Positions 12,145-25,479 are shown, counted from the whole stretch's first letter. The stretch is DNA of 63,746 nucleotides, filler included, from Octopus bimaculoides (GCF_001194135.2; 8 parts of 6 records of this genome joined end to end with filler, not necessarily neighbours in it), one strand, 5' to 3'. Translations and numbers: made by a program. The notes: a model not told the origin generated them from the sequence alone.

Positions 12145-12397
12145 TGTCTTCTTACCTTGACATTGCATGGTAGCTGTAAACGAGTGGCACTGTCATTTCT
12201 AAACGGTGTCGTTCATTTCTAATATTCTCCATAAACGTGTCTGGCTATAACGAAATATAGTCTCGCTTGGAAACACGTGAGCATTGGCGACAGGAGAGGC
12301 ACCCGTTCTTAGAAAAAAAAATCTGCCTTAGTAAACTCCGTCCAAGCCACGCATTCATGGAAACAGTCGACGTTAAAAACATTGATGATGATGATTA

Positions 12398-12427
<30 letters not shown>
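12145..12427 (+). mobile_element. SINE/RTE-type retroelement 3' part with a (GAT)n tail
   Basis: Ends in GGCGACAGGAGAGGCACCCG...CATGGAAACAGTCGACGTTAAAAACATT(GAT)n, a simple-repeat tail typical of RTE-mobilised elements. Confidence 0.5.
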
Positions 12428-12428
<1 letters not shown>

Positions 12429-12473
12429 ATAATGAGTCTCTGTTTCTTCTCTCTCTATTCCAACGTTTTGCAG

Positions 12474-12631
12474 GTATCCAGGGATTCCAATGCCTTATTG
12501 ACGAAAACGGAGACGCCTTGGGCAATTATTCGTTGCTGGCTTGGAAAGAGGATTATTCTCCAAACAGAGAAGCCAATTTCTCTATGGATCCAGTTGGATC
12601 TTTTATAATCGATAACCATAAATCACTTCCG
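12474..12631 (+). CDS. Next internal exon of the receptor guanylyl cyclase-like gene
   Basis: Acceptor TTTTGCAG and donor CCG|GTAAG; 158 nt, phase 1 to phase 0. Encodes (S)IQGFQCLIDENGDALGNYSLLAWKEDYSPNREANFSMDPVGSFIIDNHKSLP with the IDxNGDxxGNYxLL and PVGxF motifs. Confidence 0.92.
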
Positions 12632-12659
12632 GTAAGCCAGCTCAGATTTCTATAATCTC

Positions 12660-12822
<163 letters not shown>

Positions 12823-15122
12823 CATATTTATATATATGTAGATACATATATACATATAATTATATATAGGGATATATTTACAGATAAAGAAAGCTGAAAA
12901 TGTATAAGAATATAGATATTTATAAATTCACAAAACATATTTACATGGAGTACAAAAAATACAGTAAACTAAGGAGAGAAGGAGTGATATTTTAAGTCCG
13001 ACATCTGTTTCTGGAGGCACGAAATTGCGTAATGGTTTTAATGTTCATAATTGGCAGATAGAGTGTACAAATATTGAAGGATATACAATCTGTAGAGGAT
13101 GTATATAAACATCACAGTAATATTGGCTTCCTTCGTCATGAGGGAAAGATTGACTCGTGGCTCCCTTTTTTGCATAGATCCTTCTCTAATGGAGCCCGTT
13201 ATTATTCCTACTGTATTTGTGTAACACTGTTCGTTTTTTTCCGTCCTTGTTTTTGTATACATTCACTGCTGTCCAGATTGGAGCAATATCGAGAATAACT
13301 AGTCGAAATTGCAAAGATAACTGGATCTCGACTGAAGAGAGAAAGCTCCGAATGACACGTCCGCGTTTTCTTTGTATCGTCTTTCTGTATGTTTTGTCCC
13401 TTTCTTGTTTCACCTAACTCTCTGGATGTTTTGCGTTCTTGTCCCATTCTGTATTATATATATATATACGAAAAACTACTTACAATTGGAGACGCTGCGT
13501 TTAGTCATGTAAAAACAAATAGTAAATGAGTATATGCATATATNNNNNNNNNNNNNNNNNNNNNNNNNNNNNNNNNNNNNNNNNNNNTTAATTAATTAAN
13601 NNNNNNNNNNNNNNNNNNNNNNNNNNNNNNNNNNNNNNNNNNNATGGTAAAGATACGTCAATGTAAATTTGACAACTATAAAATAAAAAGAACAAGATAA
13701 TTAATCATATGAATAAATGGATATGATAACATTCGCGCACATTCTAAGTCCAATAGTTTAGAGGTAATGTATATTTAATTTAAATGGTAATTGTCAATTT
13801 TATTAATTGCTTCAATTTTAGAAGATTCCTTTTCCTTGTCCCTTCTCTCCACCTATTTGATGATAAGATATCCCTTTTATTTTTTATTTTTAATTAATTT
13901 TCATATATTCATTCTTTTACTTTTCCCTGTTTTATTTTCATTTAATTTTTTGCTGTTGTTTTTGTTTCGCTTTGGTTTTGTTCAATTTTAATTTGGGTTT
14001 ATCTTCACTTAGCTCTCGTGTAATTTACTCTACTACCTTATTTAAGAATCATATCTTAACCTTCCTATTGCAGCTGTGTCAATGATATCCAGTCCTATAA
14101 TTTATGTCTTAGTTTTATTATTTAATTACCTGTTATAGTTTATTTCTAAACCCTGATTACTAGTTCTAACTACTTGTTGCGTACTTATATGAATTCCAGG
14201 TAATTAAGTAAATAGATGTTGATGCTTGAGGCTTAACATAATTAGCAATACCATAGCTACCTTTTGGTTTGTACACTTCCTTCTTCACACAGTATCCAAA
14301 ACTATAGTAGTTGACATCAAAATCCTGCTATCGACCATACAGAGGTTGCAGGGTATCAAATTTCTTTACTGGGTGTCAATACTATTCACATGTAGTAAGA
14401 AAGAACAGCAGCTTAAGGTTGATGGCTAGAAACAGGCGGCCTAATTTTGTATAAAAACTACACTGACCAAATTCCATCCTCTTTCTTTTCTTTTCTTCTT
14501 TTTCTTTGACAGCTGATTTGTTTCGGCTCTGAAGACGGTATCATTCCAAAGATAGTTCTCCATATACTTTCAGTCAAACAATGAACGCACCCAAATGCAT
14601 ACCTGAAACAGCTGTAAGCCTTTAATAAACAAATAGATGTATATAACCCTTTATTTCCGTCTATTTTTTTAATATATTCATACATTTATATATATATATA
14701 TATATATATNNNNNNNNNNNNNNNNNNNNNNNNNNNNNNNNNNNNNNNNNNNNNNNNNNNNNNNNNATATATACATACGTGTTTGTGTGTGTGTGTGTGT
14801 GCGTGTGTGTGTGCGTGTGTGTGCGTGCGTGTGTGTATGCGTACGTACATGTATAATTTAATTTAAAATGAAAGCAATTACCATCTTTTTTTGCTTGACG
14901 CCTTGAAAACTGTGGAAATTATTTCCACATGAAACTATTGGATTATTAGTAGCATTATTAACCTACAAATAAAAAATATTTTTCCCCCCAAATCTGGTGT
15001 TGAGCACTTATTCGCATTGTTTGATATATCATACATACATACATACATACAAAATCCGCCAGAAATGTATACACACTTCAGGGAAAGAGAAACGTGTAGA
15101 AATATTTTAACACAAAATTTAT

Positions 15123-16658
15123 AGATATAACGGGATTCATACAAGTTACCTTTAACCTTTTTTTTTTTTTACCCTTGTTGGATTTCTTCTACGTGCATAC
15201 CATTTAAAAAGCATAATTTTAATGAAAAAGTTTCAGAAATGTTTTCGTTTAAGGAACGTAAGATCGTTTTAAAGAAGTATTTCACATTTGAGAATCTTGT
15301 TGAAGTGCAACGACAATGGAGGCGTGTGTTTGGAACAGAACCTCTAACACACCTGACAGCTTTACGGATTCGTGATAAGTTCGAAATACATGGTACCGTG
15401 TGTAATGTGCAGACCTCGTACAGTAATACGTGCTGCTTCCTCAGTTATGGTGTTGGAACATTTCATACATTCGCCACAGAAATCTACCACACAGTGAGCA
15501 CGCGAGACAGGAATAAGCAGTACAAGCAAACGGCGCATTCTTAAAAGAACTAAGTGGAACATTTTTCATCCAAAGATTATTACATTATAATGAGATCCTG
15601 ATCGAAGAATTGAGTTCTACGAGTGGTTTCAAAACATAGTAAGCGAGGAAGAAGAACATGTGAGAACGGTTGTGTGGTCTGATGAAGCACAATTTAAGTT
15701 AAATGAAACCATGAACCGACATAATTGTGTTTACCAGGCACCAGAAAATCCATGCATGCCAGATAATGCCTGGTGTGGAGTGTCATCATAAAGGTTAATA
15801 GGTCCCTTTTTCTTTGAAGGTGTCGCTGGTCAAGCATACATGGAAATGCTAAGAAAGTAAAGACCCCCTTCGATCATGAATGACCATGGGATTGAACCTA
15901 GAAAGTTCCCCCTCCGAGACACTAGTTCGGACAAAGTTGTTTTATGGAGGACCAGCAGTCACCCATGTATACCAGCCTCCCGATGTTATTCAAGGGAAAG
16001 ACAAAGGCCGCCGATGTTATCCTAGGGAAGAGCAAAGGCCGACACAGCTTGGCATCAGTGACGTCGAAGCTCATTTCTACAACTGAATGAACTGGAGCAA
16101 TGGGAAATAAAGTGTCTTGCTCAAGAAAACAAAGCACGGCCCGGTCTGAGAATCGAACTCACTACCTCGTGATTGTGAGCCCAATGCTCTAACCACTGAG
16201 CCATGTGCTTTCACATGGAATTGCTACGCACGTTCATTTTACCTGCCATACATGTTCTTTAACAAAACGATGAAGTTTTCTTTCAATAAGGCAGCGCACT
16301 ACCACGCTACTGCCGAGACGTGTAAGCTTGCTTGGATGATAATATGCAAGGGCACTCGATAGAACAAAGAGGCGCATTTGAGTACCGCGCACGTTCTACT
16401 GATTTAAGGCCTGCAGAATTTCACTTATTGGACACCGTAAAGGATGTTGTGTATTGCAGAAAACCGGCGACACTTACTGTCTTTCGGGAAGAAGTTGAAA
16501 TGGTATGTACGGCAATCCCACTGGACACTTTGGCCAACGCTGCTCAAGCAGCAGTTCATCGCACTAATAAGTGTCTGCAAGATAATGGTCAACACTTGTA
16601 GACCATTATCTTGTAATTGTAGAGGTGAAAGGTAACTTGTATTAATTCTGTTATATCT
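15123..16658 (+). mobile_element. Tc1/mariner-superfamily transposon, near full length, defective, with terminal inverted repeats
   Basis: 35-bp TIRs at 15123-15157 and 16624-16658 (4 mismatches). Transposase remnants: MFSFKERKIVLKKYF...RIRDKFEIHG, VVWSDEAQFKLN..NRHNCVY, LIGPFFFEG, RSTDLRP, DTVKDVVY. Interrupted by a SINE. Confidence 0.9.
15852..16212 (-). mobile_element. Full-length tRNA-derived SINE inserted in the transposase
   Basis: Minus-strand head GGCTCAGTGGTTAGAGC...GAGTTCGATTCT. Flanked by the 14-bp direct repeats ACATGGAAATGCTA (15838-15851) and ACATGGAATTGCTA (16213-16226). A related copy lies at 60985-61220. Confidence 0.85.
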
Positions 16659-16890
16659 GAATAAATTTAGAATTGAAATAGTTTACAGGTTTTTCTTTTC
16701 TTGAAGTGTGTATGCATTTTCTTAGCGGAATGTAGATAGATAGATAGATAGATAGATACATACATACATTCATGCAAACATACATACAAATAAGATGATA
16801 ATTTATTTTCGAATGTGGAGACGCCGTTAGAACACGTGGTTGCACATTTAATTTTAAAAGCGTCTAAAAAGAGAGGCTAATTTGTCGGTG

Positions 16891-16963
16891 GACAGTTTAG
16901 TTTAATGGTAAATCGCTTGGCCGGAGTCTTGAAGAGATATGAGTTCGAGTGTCATAGCTGTTT
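16891..16963 (+). pseudogene. Decayed tRNA-like sequence (pseudo-tRNA or SINE head)
   Basis: Acceptor stem GACAGTT/AGCTGTT, D arm GTTT/AAAT and T loop TTCGAGT are present. There is no anticodon stem, and the T stem has a G:G mismatch. Confidence 0.4.
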
Positions 16964-17686
16964 GTTGATAATTTTTTTTCCGCTTTATAAGGATAATTTA
17001 CGCAATGTTTCTGCTGTTTTAACGGCGTCTCTGCGTTCGAAAATAAATGATCTTATTTGTATCTATATACATATTTCAGCGCTCATAAAACATTTCGGCG
17101 TTTATATATATCTGTGTTTTTTTCGTCATAACAATTTAGAAAAATTGAGAGAACAGCTTACAGTTCACGTTGGCAAGAACAAAGCTTCTAAAATGGATAG
17201 CTTTGGTCCAATGGTAGAACGTCTTTCATGTTTACAGAAGTTTGGGGTTCGTGTCCCACGGGCAACCTTTACTGTTTCTATCACAAAGGGGGCTTTTGAC
17301 CCAATATTTACATGCTTTATCTTTATTAGCTTTATCTTCTTGGATTACTACAGTAAGAAACGAATTGTCTGTATGTATGAGTAAAGAGGAAAGGAATGTC
17401 AACATTAATCTTCTATCAGTACCATCACTCAATCTGTCATAAGGTTATTAATAAGAAATCTGGAGCATATTGTCGTGTGCCTGCGTATGTAGGTGTGCAC
17501 ACTCACACATATATTCACACATATACATATACAGATAAATGTATATACACCACACACGTACATATATATGTATACACACCACACACGCACATATATATGT
17601 ATACACATAGATACACACGCGCACGCACGCACACACACACAGACATACACGCAGACACACACGCACATATATATATCCATGTATTA

Positions 17687-18008
17687 GAAGGCGCGTGGCT
17701 TAGTGGTTTGGGTGTTCGAATCATGATCGTAAGGACGTGTGTTCTATTCCCAGTTGTGGATTGTGTCCTTGAGTAAACTACTTTATTTTACGTTGTCTTC
17801 AGTTCACTCAGCTGGCAAAAATGAGCTGTACCTGCCTTTCTAAAAGTCCAGCCTTGTTACATTCAGTGTCACACTGAATCTCTCTGAGGACTACGTTTAG
17901 AGTACGCATGTCTTTGGAGTGCTCAGCTACTTGCACGTTAATTTCGCGAGCAGACTTCTGTTGATCGGATCATTTGGAACTTTCGTCGTCGTAACCGACG
18001 GAGAGTCC
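17687..18008 (+). mobile_element. tRNA-derived SINE
   Basis: Head GGCGCGTGGCTTAGTGGTT; 3' body GAGTGCTCAGC-ACTTGCACGTTAATTTC...GTCGTCGTAACCGACGGAG shared with the copies at 21814 and 39103. Confidence 0.8.
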
Positions 18009-18221
18009 GATGCGAATTTATGTATCTCCATACACATATATGTGTATGCGTGTCTGTATGAGTATGTGTGTTTGTAGCTAACATATATATCTTATATCTA
18101 TCTAGTGACACATTTTTCTTATATATGTCATGAAATACATGATTATGCATGGACATTCCCATCAATTTTGATTTACATGCACGTACATAAACAAACAGAA
18201 CGCATACAAACATGTATGCAC

Positions 18222-18278
<57 letters not shown>

Positions 18279-19824
18279 TGCACATACACACACATATTTA
18301 TATATATATATACACGTGTGTACACTTTTAATCATATTTAGCGACGTTTGGCGTATACAGTGTCATATATTCACAAATGTATTTTTGATTTCAAGTTATA
18401 TTTTCGCTAGCAGTTGGTTATCAAACCGATTGGGATAGGGTTATCTCTGACCTTTCCACCACCAGCAGAAGTAGTTTATGAAAACTGTGGATATATAATC
18501 TTTGTAGTCGTTTGATTTTATCCAAAAATCAATTTTCTCCCACGTAAGAGTGCTCAGAACACTGTCTACTAACAGAGCAATAGAAAATAATCTCGCTCTC
18601 ATTTTCTGTTTTTCTTTCTTTTTCATTCGGTCTTTCTGTTTGCCTGTCTCTCTTTCTTTCCTGGTGCCTGTCTCTCACTTCCTACCACTCTCAAATGCAT
18701 CATGAATCATGACGAATGAACAGATTTTTTCGCTCATATCTGGAGATCTATGGTCATGCAAATGAAACACAATGTATGTTTGCTATGTCTCTCAGTTAGT
18801 GAATATGCCATTTAGCAAGCAATGCGGGAAATGACATCAACAACACCACGAAAGAACAAAGAAAGCAACAACGAAAAGAAGGAAAACAAAAATAAGTAAA
18901 AGACAGCATAAATAAAAGAAGCCGAAAAATATAAAAGACATCACAAAGAGGTTTAGAGATTATTCCTGATTTCTTTATGGCCATAAAGTGTTATATCGTA
19001 ACTCTTCTTTCAAAAGAGGCGAATTTGTACAGCTTAGACGTCCGGTCATTTATGTGGGTGTCGCTTTCGCTGAGCAAGTCAGCAAGCTATACTACCTACC
19101 AGCCTACAAGCCTACCAGCTTACCAGGCAGGAAATCTCGCATAAGAATGGTAGAATTGGAACCAACGTTATTTCAATACAAGTGCATGATTTTAAGATAC
19201 ACACTTCTTTGAAGATCTTCAAAAAGATGTTATTATCATTCTTTTTAAAAATATTTATACGTAGTGCTAGATTTGCACGCACAGACGTTACAATGTTGAC
19301 ATCAACAGTGAGGTCAGTCCAAGATTTTCATCGTATTGATAACGAAACGACGGAGAGAAATAAATAAATAAATAAATAAATAAAATGGTTGGAAGGTTGA
19401 AGGACAAAGGAAGTAATTATTTCAGGGAAAGACAGCCATACATACATACATACATACAAACATACATACATGCATATACAAAACGTAGTAATATCTAAAC
19501 AGTAGTCACATATATGGTGTACGCATCTGTCTGTCTGTCTGTCTATGTATGTATGTATGTATGTATGTATGTATCTATCTATCTACCTACGTCTATATAT
19601 ACAATGTATGTATATGTATATATATATTTATATACATACATATATATATATATATATGTATACATATGTATATATGTATATATATATATATATATACATA
19701 CTTGCATAAATTCGCACATATTACAAATACTCACACACACCATTTAATCTGGAGTTTCCCCGAAGAGTTGCCAGTCTACCAAAACACATACAGCCCTGCC
19801 CACACACATATACATACAGATATA

Positions 19825-19856
<32 letters not shown>

Positions 19857-19860
19857 CAAG

Positions 19861-20288
19861 CGATAGTTTTGTTAAACAGCTTCGACTTTTACAATTCTGC
19901 AAATAATAATATTAGTATTTTATAAGCTTAAAGCTTACAGGCGATCACCGTGCAATGACTATAGAAACTAGTCTAATATTTGGGCATATAAGCCCTCGGC
20001 AGAAAAAAGTAAGTCCTCCCGTGCACGTCGAACTCGAACCCATACTCTTTGTTTACGCAACCATGCGTGTTACAGTACACCAATGCACCAACCTGCTTCT
20101 TTTCGTCGCATTTAAAAGCTATAATTAATTAGTAGTTGTTTTTGTAAACAAACTTTCATGTGCTTTCACTGCGATGGTTTTGTTAAGCAGCATCGATTTT
20201 TACAATTCACTAAATCATAATAATAGTATTTTATGCGCTTAAAGCTTAGAAGTGAAAATAATCTAATATTGGGGCATATAAGCCTCGT
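19861..20288. repeat. Tandem duplication with a 311-bp period
   Basis: CGAT-GTTTTGTTAA-CAGC...TCTAATATT-GGGCATATAAGCC occurs at both 19861 and 20172. Confidence 0.8.
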
Positions 20289-20534
20289 ACGCGTGTGACT
20301 CATCCAAATATTAATGAGAAGTAGCCCGAGGGATATAAACAATATCGAACATACATACCTTGAGTACGTGTGTTTGATATTGCATATATATAAAGAAGTG
20401 TGATTGTATATGTATGTATATGCATAAACAAGTACCTAGACTCCGTTATGGACCAAACAAGCGGACTGTAGCCAAGAAATCAGAGCAATACTCAATGTTG
20501 CAAGATTGTCTCTGAGGTCACTCAGAACAATATA

Positions 20535-20768
20535 TATTTCTTTATTGGCCACAGGGGGCTAAACATAGAGGGGTCAAACAAGGACAGACAAAGGGATTAA
20601 GTCGATTACATCGACCCCAGTGCGTAACTGGTACTTATTTAATTGACTCCGAAAGGATGAAAGGTAAAGTCGACCTCGGCGGAATTTGAACTCAGAACGT
20701 AACGGCAGACGAAATACCGCTAAGCATTTTGCCCAGCGTGCTAACGATTTTGCCAGCTCGCCGCCCTT
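20535..20768 (-). mobile_element. MetaSINE-like SINE with the alternative 3' tail
   Basis: Same head and core as 9757-9980, but the tail CCCTTTGTCTGTCCTTGTTTG...AATAAAGAAATA is that of the copy at 36159-36368. Confidence 0.8.
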
Positions 20769-20789
20769 CACTCAACAATATAGAGAAAC

Positions 20790-21200
20790 TGCGTCTGCAG
20801 CAAAGGTATCAAAGCTGAAGCTTTAGGAACCCTGGTTTGGCCAGTAGTGATGTGTAAGTTTGAAGCAAGGACCCTACGGGTGACTGATATTAAGCAACCT
20901 AAGGCGTTCGAGATAAACTGCTGCATGCGAGTGGTACGGGTAGGTTCGGTGAACAGTAGAACAACCGATTCAGGGCTGGGAGAGATGGGAACAGAACAGA
21001 ACATTTTGGCCATGCTATTAGGGTTCAAAACCTCCCTACACACATACTCGGAGGCTGGGTGGATAAGAAACAGGATTATGGATGGCGAAGATGGAATGGT
21101 GACATCAAGAACTGGACGGACAGGACTATAGTGGAGGATATAGTTGTAGTCCCAGACCATAGTGTGCAGTGAGGTCCATGACTCTTAGGCACGAGGACAG
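20790..21200 (+). mobile_element. RTE-clade LINE 3' fragment, degenerate
   Basis: Remnants of KLKL-GTLVWPVVM, KAFEINCCMRVV, RNRIMDG and DIKNWTG follow the RTE/BovB-type C-terminal pattern. Confidence 0.7.
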
Positions 21201-21453
21201 TATAATTAATGAACTGTTTAGGTGTGTGTGCGTGTGTATGCCTGTGCATGTGTGTGTGTGTGTGTTTCCGTGCGATTTTTCTATCTTTTGTGGTGGAAAA
21301 ATATAAAAGTGCTCAATACGACCTCGCGTAAAAAGTGAGAAATCTGAAACACGCTTATATATGAAGTGTTCAGGGATTATCTAAACCCTTACACACACAC
21401 ACGCGCGCGCACGCGCGCGCGCGCACGCACGCACGCACGCACGCACGCACACA

Positions 21454-21516
<63 letters not shown>

Positions 21517-21813
21517 ACACACACACAAGCTGAATGTAAGAAGTTGTAAAGTACGGATTAAAGCTGAATATATTGGGCGATACAGTGATACAGTTTAATA
21601 GTTTAAAACTGAACTAACGCAGAGAACGTCGTAGCGGAGGTGAAAATGATGTGAGAGGAAACACAGTAATACGATGGTGATTGATGATTGTAAAAGATTT
21701 GTGAATAAAGAATTGTCAGAATTATCAGCTGGATATTTTTTTCCGCAGTGAAGAATGTGTGGTTTATAATTTTCAGAATGAAATTTATAATTGCTGTAAA
21801 GATAACAATTATG

Positions 21814-22340
21814 AAGGCGCATGGCTTAGTGGTTAGAGTATTTAGCGCATGGCCGTAAGGTCGTGAGTTCGATTTCCAGCGGCGCGTTGTAGAGTTGAAC
21901 AAAACACTTTATTTCACGTTGCGCCAGTCCACCCAGTTGGCATTTCAAAGGGCCAGCCTTATCATACTCTGAGTCACACTGAATCTCCTTGTGAACTACG
22001 TTAAGGGCACACGTGTCTGTGGAGTGCTCAGTCACTTGCACATGTCAATTTCACGAGCGGGCTGTTCCGTTGATCGGATCAACTGGAATCTTTGTCGTCG
22101 TAACCGACGGAGTGCCAGTTAGTTTGTAATAATTATGATTAAGGTAGTGAGCTGGCAGAATCGTTAGCAAGCCGGACTAAATGCCTAGCAGCATTTAGTC
22201 CGTCTTTACCTTCTGAGTTCAAATTCCGCCGAGGTCGACTTTGCCTTTCATCCTTTCGGGGTCGATAAAATAAGTACTAGTTGGGCCCTGGAGTCGATGT
22301 AATCGACTAGCCCCTTCCTTAAAATTGCTGGCCTTTTTTG
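21814..22340 (+). mobile_element. Two adjacent SINEs: a tRNA-derived copy (21814-22118) followed by a MetaSINE-like copy (22139-22340)
   Basis: Clear similarity to 17687-18008 and 9757-9980 respectively. Confidence 0.8.
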
Positions 22341-23725
22341 AAATCAATATAATAATGATGACTAAATGAAGAAAATTTACGCTAAAAATATCAACCAAAA
22401 CTTTTTAAAATTGCATTCTGCTGCCTTGATATAAGGGACACATTGAATAATGTAGCCTGAGGCTTGAGATTATATGGGACTGTCACGGCTGGAATGGCTT
22501 TGATCATAGGCCTAATCGACGAGAGAGGANNNNNNNNNNNNNNNNNNNNNNNNNNNNNNNNNNNNNNNNNNNNNNNNNNNNNNNNNNNNNNNNNNNNNNN
22601 NNNNNNNNNNNNNNNNNNNNNNNNNNNNNNNNNNNNNNNNNNNNNNNNNNNNNNNNNNNNNNNNNNNNNNNNNNNNNNNNNNNNNNNNNNNNNNNNNNNN
22701 NNNNNNNNNNNNNNNNNNNNNNNNNNNNNNNNNNNNNNNNNNNNNNNNNNNNNNNNNNNNNNNNNNNNNNNNNNNNNNNNNNNNNNNNNNNNNNNNNNNN
22801 NNNNNNNNNNNNNNNNNNNNNNNNNNNNNNNNNNNNNNNNNNNNNNNNNNNNNNNNNNNNNNNNNNNNNNNNNNNNNNNNNNNNNNNNNNNNNNNNNNNN
22901 NNNNNNNNNNNNNNNNNNNNNNNNNNNNNNNNNNNNNNNNNNNNNNNNNNNNNNNNNNNNNNNNNNNNNNNNNNNNNNNNNNNNNNNNNNNNNNNNNNNN
23001 NNNNNNNNNNNNNNNNNNNNNNNNNNNNNNNNNNNNNNNNNNNNNNNNNNNNNNNTGTTTGCCGTTGAAGGTCATTTCTGTTTTTTTTACCTTTTCTTAA
23101 AGATCTCTTTGTTAATTGTATACGTATAAAAAAAAGCCACGCCTGCATTTGTAGAAATCATCCATTATCCACGAATTGAATTATTTTGGATTACTACACT
23201 GTTATATATCTGTGACGTCAACACCGGATTATATAACCGTAACGAATTATTTTCTTTTTCTCTGCCTTTCAACTCGCCCGCCGCCATTTACTTAAAAATA
23301 GTTTCCATAAAGATCCTTTTATTCATTTATTTAAATTATATCCTTTCCCCACCCTCTTCACGCCGCCTCCTTTTCATCTCACCCCTCTCTCGTTTGTTTT
23401 CCTTTCTTGTTTTGTCAATCACTTTCATTTTGGTTTCCTCTTTTTCTTACTCTTATAAAAATAAAAAAAAACAACACAAATACAAAAACAAAACGAATCT
23501 AAATTCAAAATTCAGAAAGCAACATTGTATGACAAAGTCGCTTTTTATTTGCTATCAAATTTTGTCATCTGTTATGATTGATAAACTGTATACAATCATG
23601 CTAGAGGGTCCGCCGTCGTTTTCTACGATGTGCACATACACATATATGCGTGCATACATACATACATACATACAAACATACATATAAACATACATACATA
23701 CATACATACGTACATACATACGTGC

Positions 23726-23773
<48 letters not shown>

Positions 23774-24355
23774 GTCTGTCGCTCTATTTGTCTACTTGTC
23801 TGTCTATGTATGCGTATATATATATATATATATATANNNNNNNNNNNNNNNNNNNNNNNNNNNNNNNNNNNNNNNNNNNNNNNNNNNNNNNNNNNNNNNN
23901 NNNNNNNNNNNNNNNNNNNNNNNNNNNNNNNNNNNNNNNNNNNNNNNNNNNNNNNNNNNNNNNNNNNNNNNNNNNNNNNNNNNNNNNNNNNTATATATGA
24001 CACATTCTACCAGTGATCCAAGTTTCAAAGTGTTTCGTTAAAGAAAAATGTGGCCCCCGTTTTAAAAAAGATCCTATATTCCGGTTAAATATTTAATTAA
24101 TTCAATAATAGGACAAAATCTTTTACAATAATTTATCAAGTAGCTAGCGTGAAAAAACCTCATAAGGGAAAAATCATTTATTCCCCAACATATATTTATT
24201 TATATAAGGGCATTACTATACATGAATGCCTCACGCTATGAGCCACTCTAAGGTCAAACTACCATAATAAACACATTTTTACAGAACGGGAGGAAATGCA
24301 ACTCTCAAAGCTGGCCTCTTAAAAACAGACTGAACCATAGGAGGTTTTTTTCGCG

Positions 24356-25197
24356 CTAGCTACTTGATAAATTCTTGTAAAAGGTTAGTGCCATGCATTG
24401 TAAGGTTAGTTCCATACCTATACTTAACCAGTTTTGCTTAGGTATTTTCTTGACATCCGATATTGTCACTTTGTCTTCTAAACCTGCCAAGACGGCCGCC
24501 ACCAGCCAAGTAATGGATATTTCTGGCGGCACATTCAGCACCCTAATCTTGGCAAGGTGTTGGCCGCGATAGCTGGGGATTAAGAAAAAGTTGTCATTCC
24601 TCAAAGTGGTCGCGAAATTACACTTGGCTTCTTCTTTCATCCCATATCTCACCTCAATAGTTCTAAACATTTTTCCTCGGATGATGTGGGTCTTTTGTTT
24701 CCGCACGCGCCCAAAGTATTTTTGTATTTCGCTCTCAGGAGCATTTTCCACTCGGAGTGACTTAACTCCGATGCAGCGGTATGTGACCGTGCATTTTAAG
24801 ATACTTTATATCACGTAGGATGGAAGATTTAGAGCTACCTTTCCCCCATTCCTTTTACAATTTTCCTTGCCGTTTTTAAATCTTCTTCATCACGGCGGAA
24901 ATTGTCCATATTTCTCGCCGCAAACGCAAAAGAAGCGGAGGCGATATTCACGTTTTTTATGATTCCTTTATTTCGTATTGTTGTTGCTGTTGTTGTTATT
25001 GTTGTTGTTGTTATTGTTATCGCTGCTGTTGCTTTTGTTGTTGTTGTTGTTGTCGTCGACACCGAAAGTTTTGACGTTGCTCAGAGATGAAACATTATTC
25101 GTTTCGGTGACGTCATTAGGTATGTATCTTTCTTCTCATTTTTTGACGGAGAAGGCGTTCCGTTGTCGAACATTATGATGGCTTCTTTATCAGCCAT
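24356..25197 (-). pseudogene. Degenerate ORF of about 270 codons, probably a retroelement ORF1-like remnant
   Basis: Non-repetitive protein-like stretches (ASASFAFAARNMDNFRRDEEDLKTARKIVKG; ENAPESEIQKYFGRVRK...KIRVLNVPPEISITWLVAAVLAG) lie in different frames, separated by stops and shifts. There is no splice structure, and the family was not recognised. Confidence 0.4.
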
Positions 25198-25421
25198 CTT
25201 TAATATTATCTTTTTCGAAAGTTGTTAAGATTAAAAAAAATATTGATGCGCACCCCCTGCGCACCCCCTACACAAAATTACTATCTGTGCAGTCCAGACA
25301 ATCTCAGAAATGCAATGGTAAAAATAAAATGAAAACAATGGGTTTTAGAAGGCCGAAAAGATTACAGACACTATTTCAACTTACGGATCTTCAAATTTCC
25401 GTGACTTTACAGTATGGCGGC

Positions 25422-25479
<58 letters not shown>

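Noticed and set aside
16905-17442. 159-aa and 66-aa ORFs ending near ACA|GTAAG
   Set aside because: No recognisable domain in any frame or in the invertebrate mitochondrial code, and no compatible partner exon.
20010-20095. tRNA-like sequence on the minus strand
   Set aside because: Only loose A/B boxes and no cloverleaf; at most a decayed SINE head.
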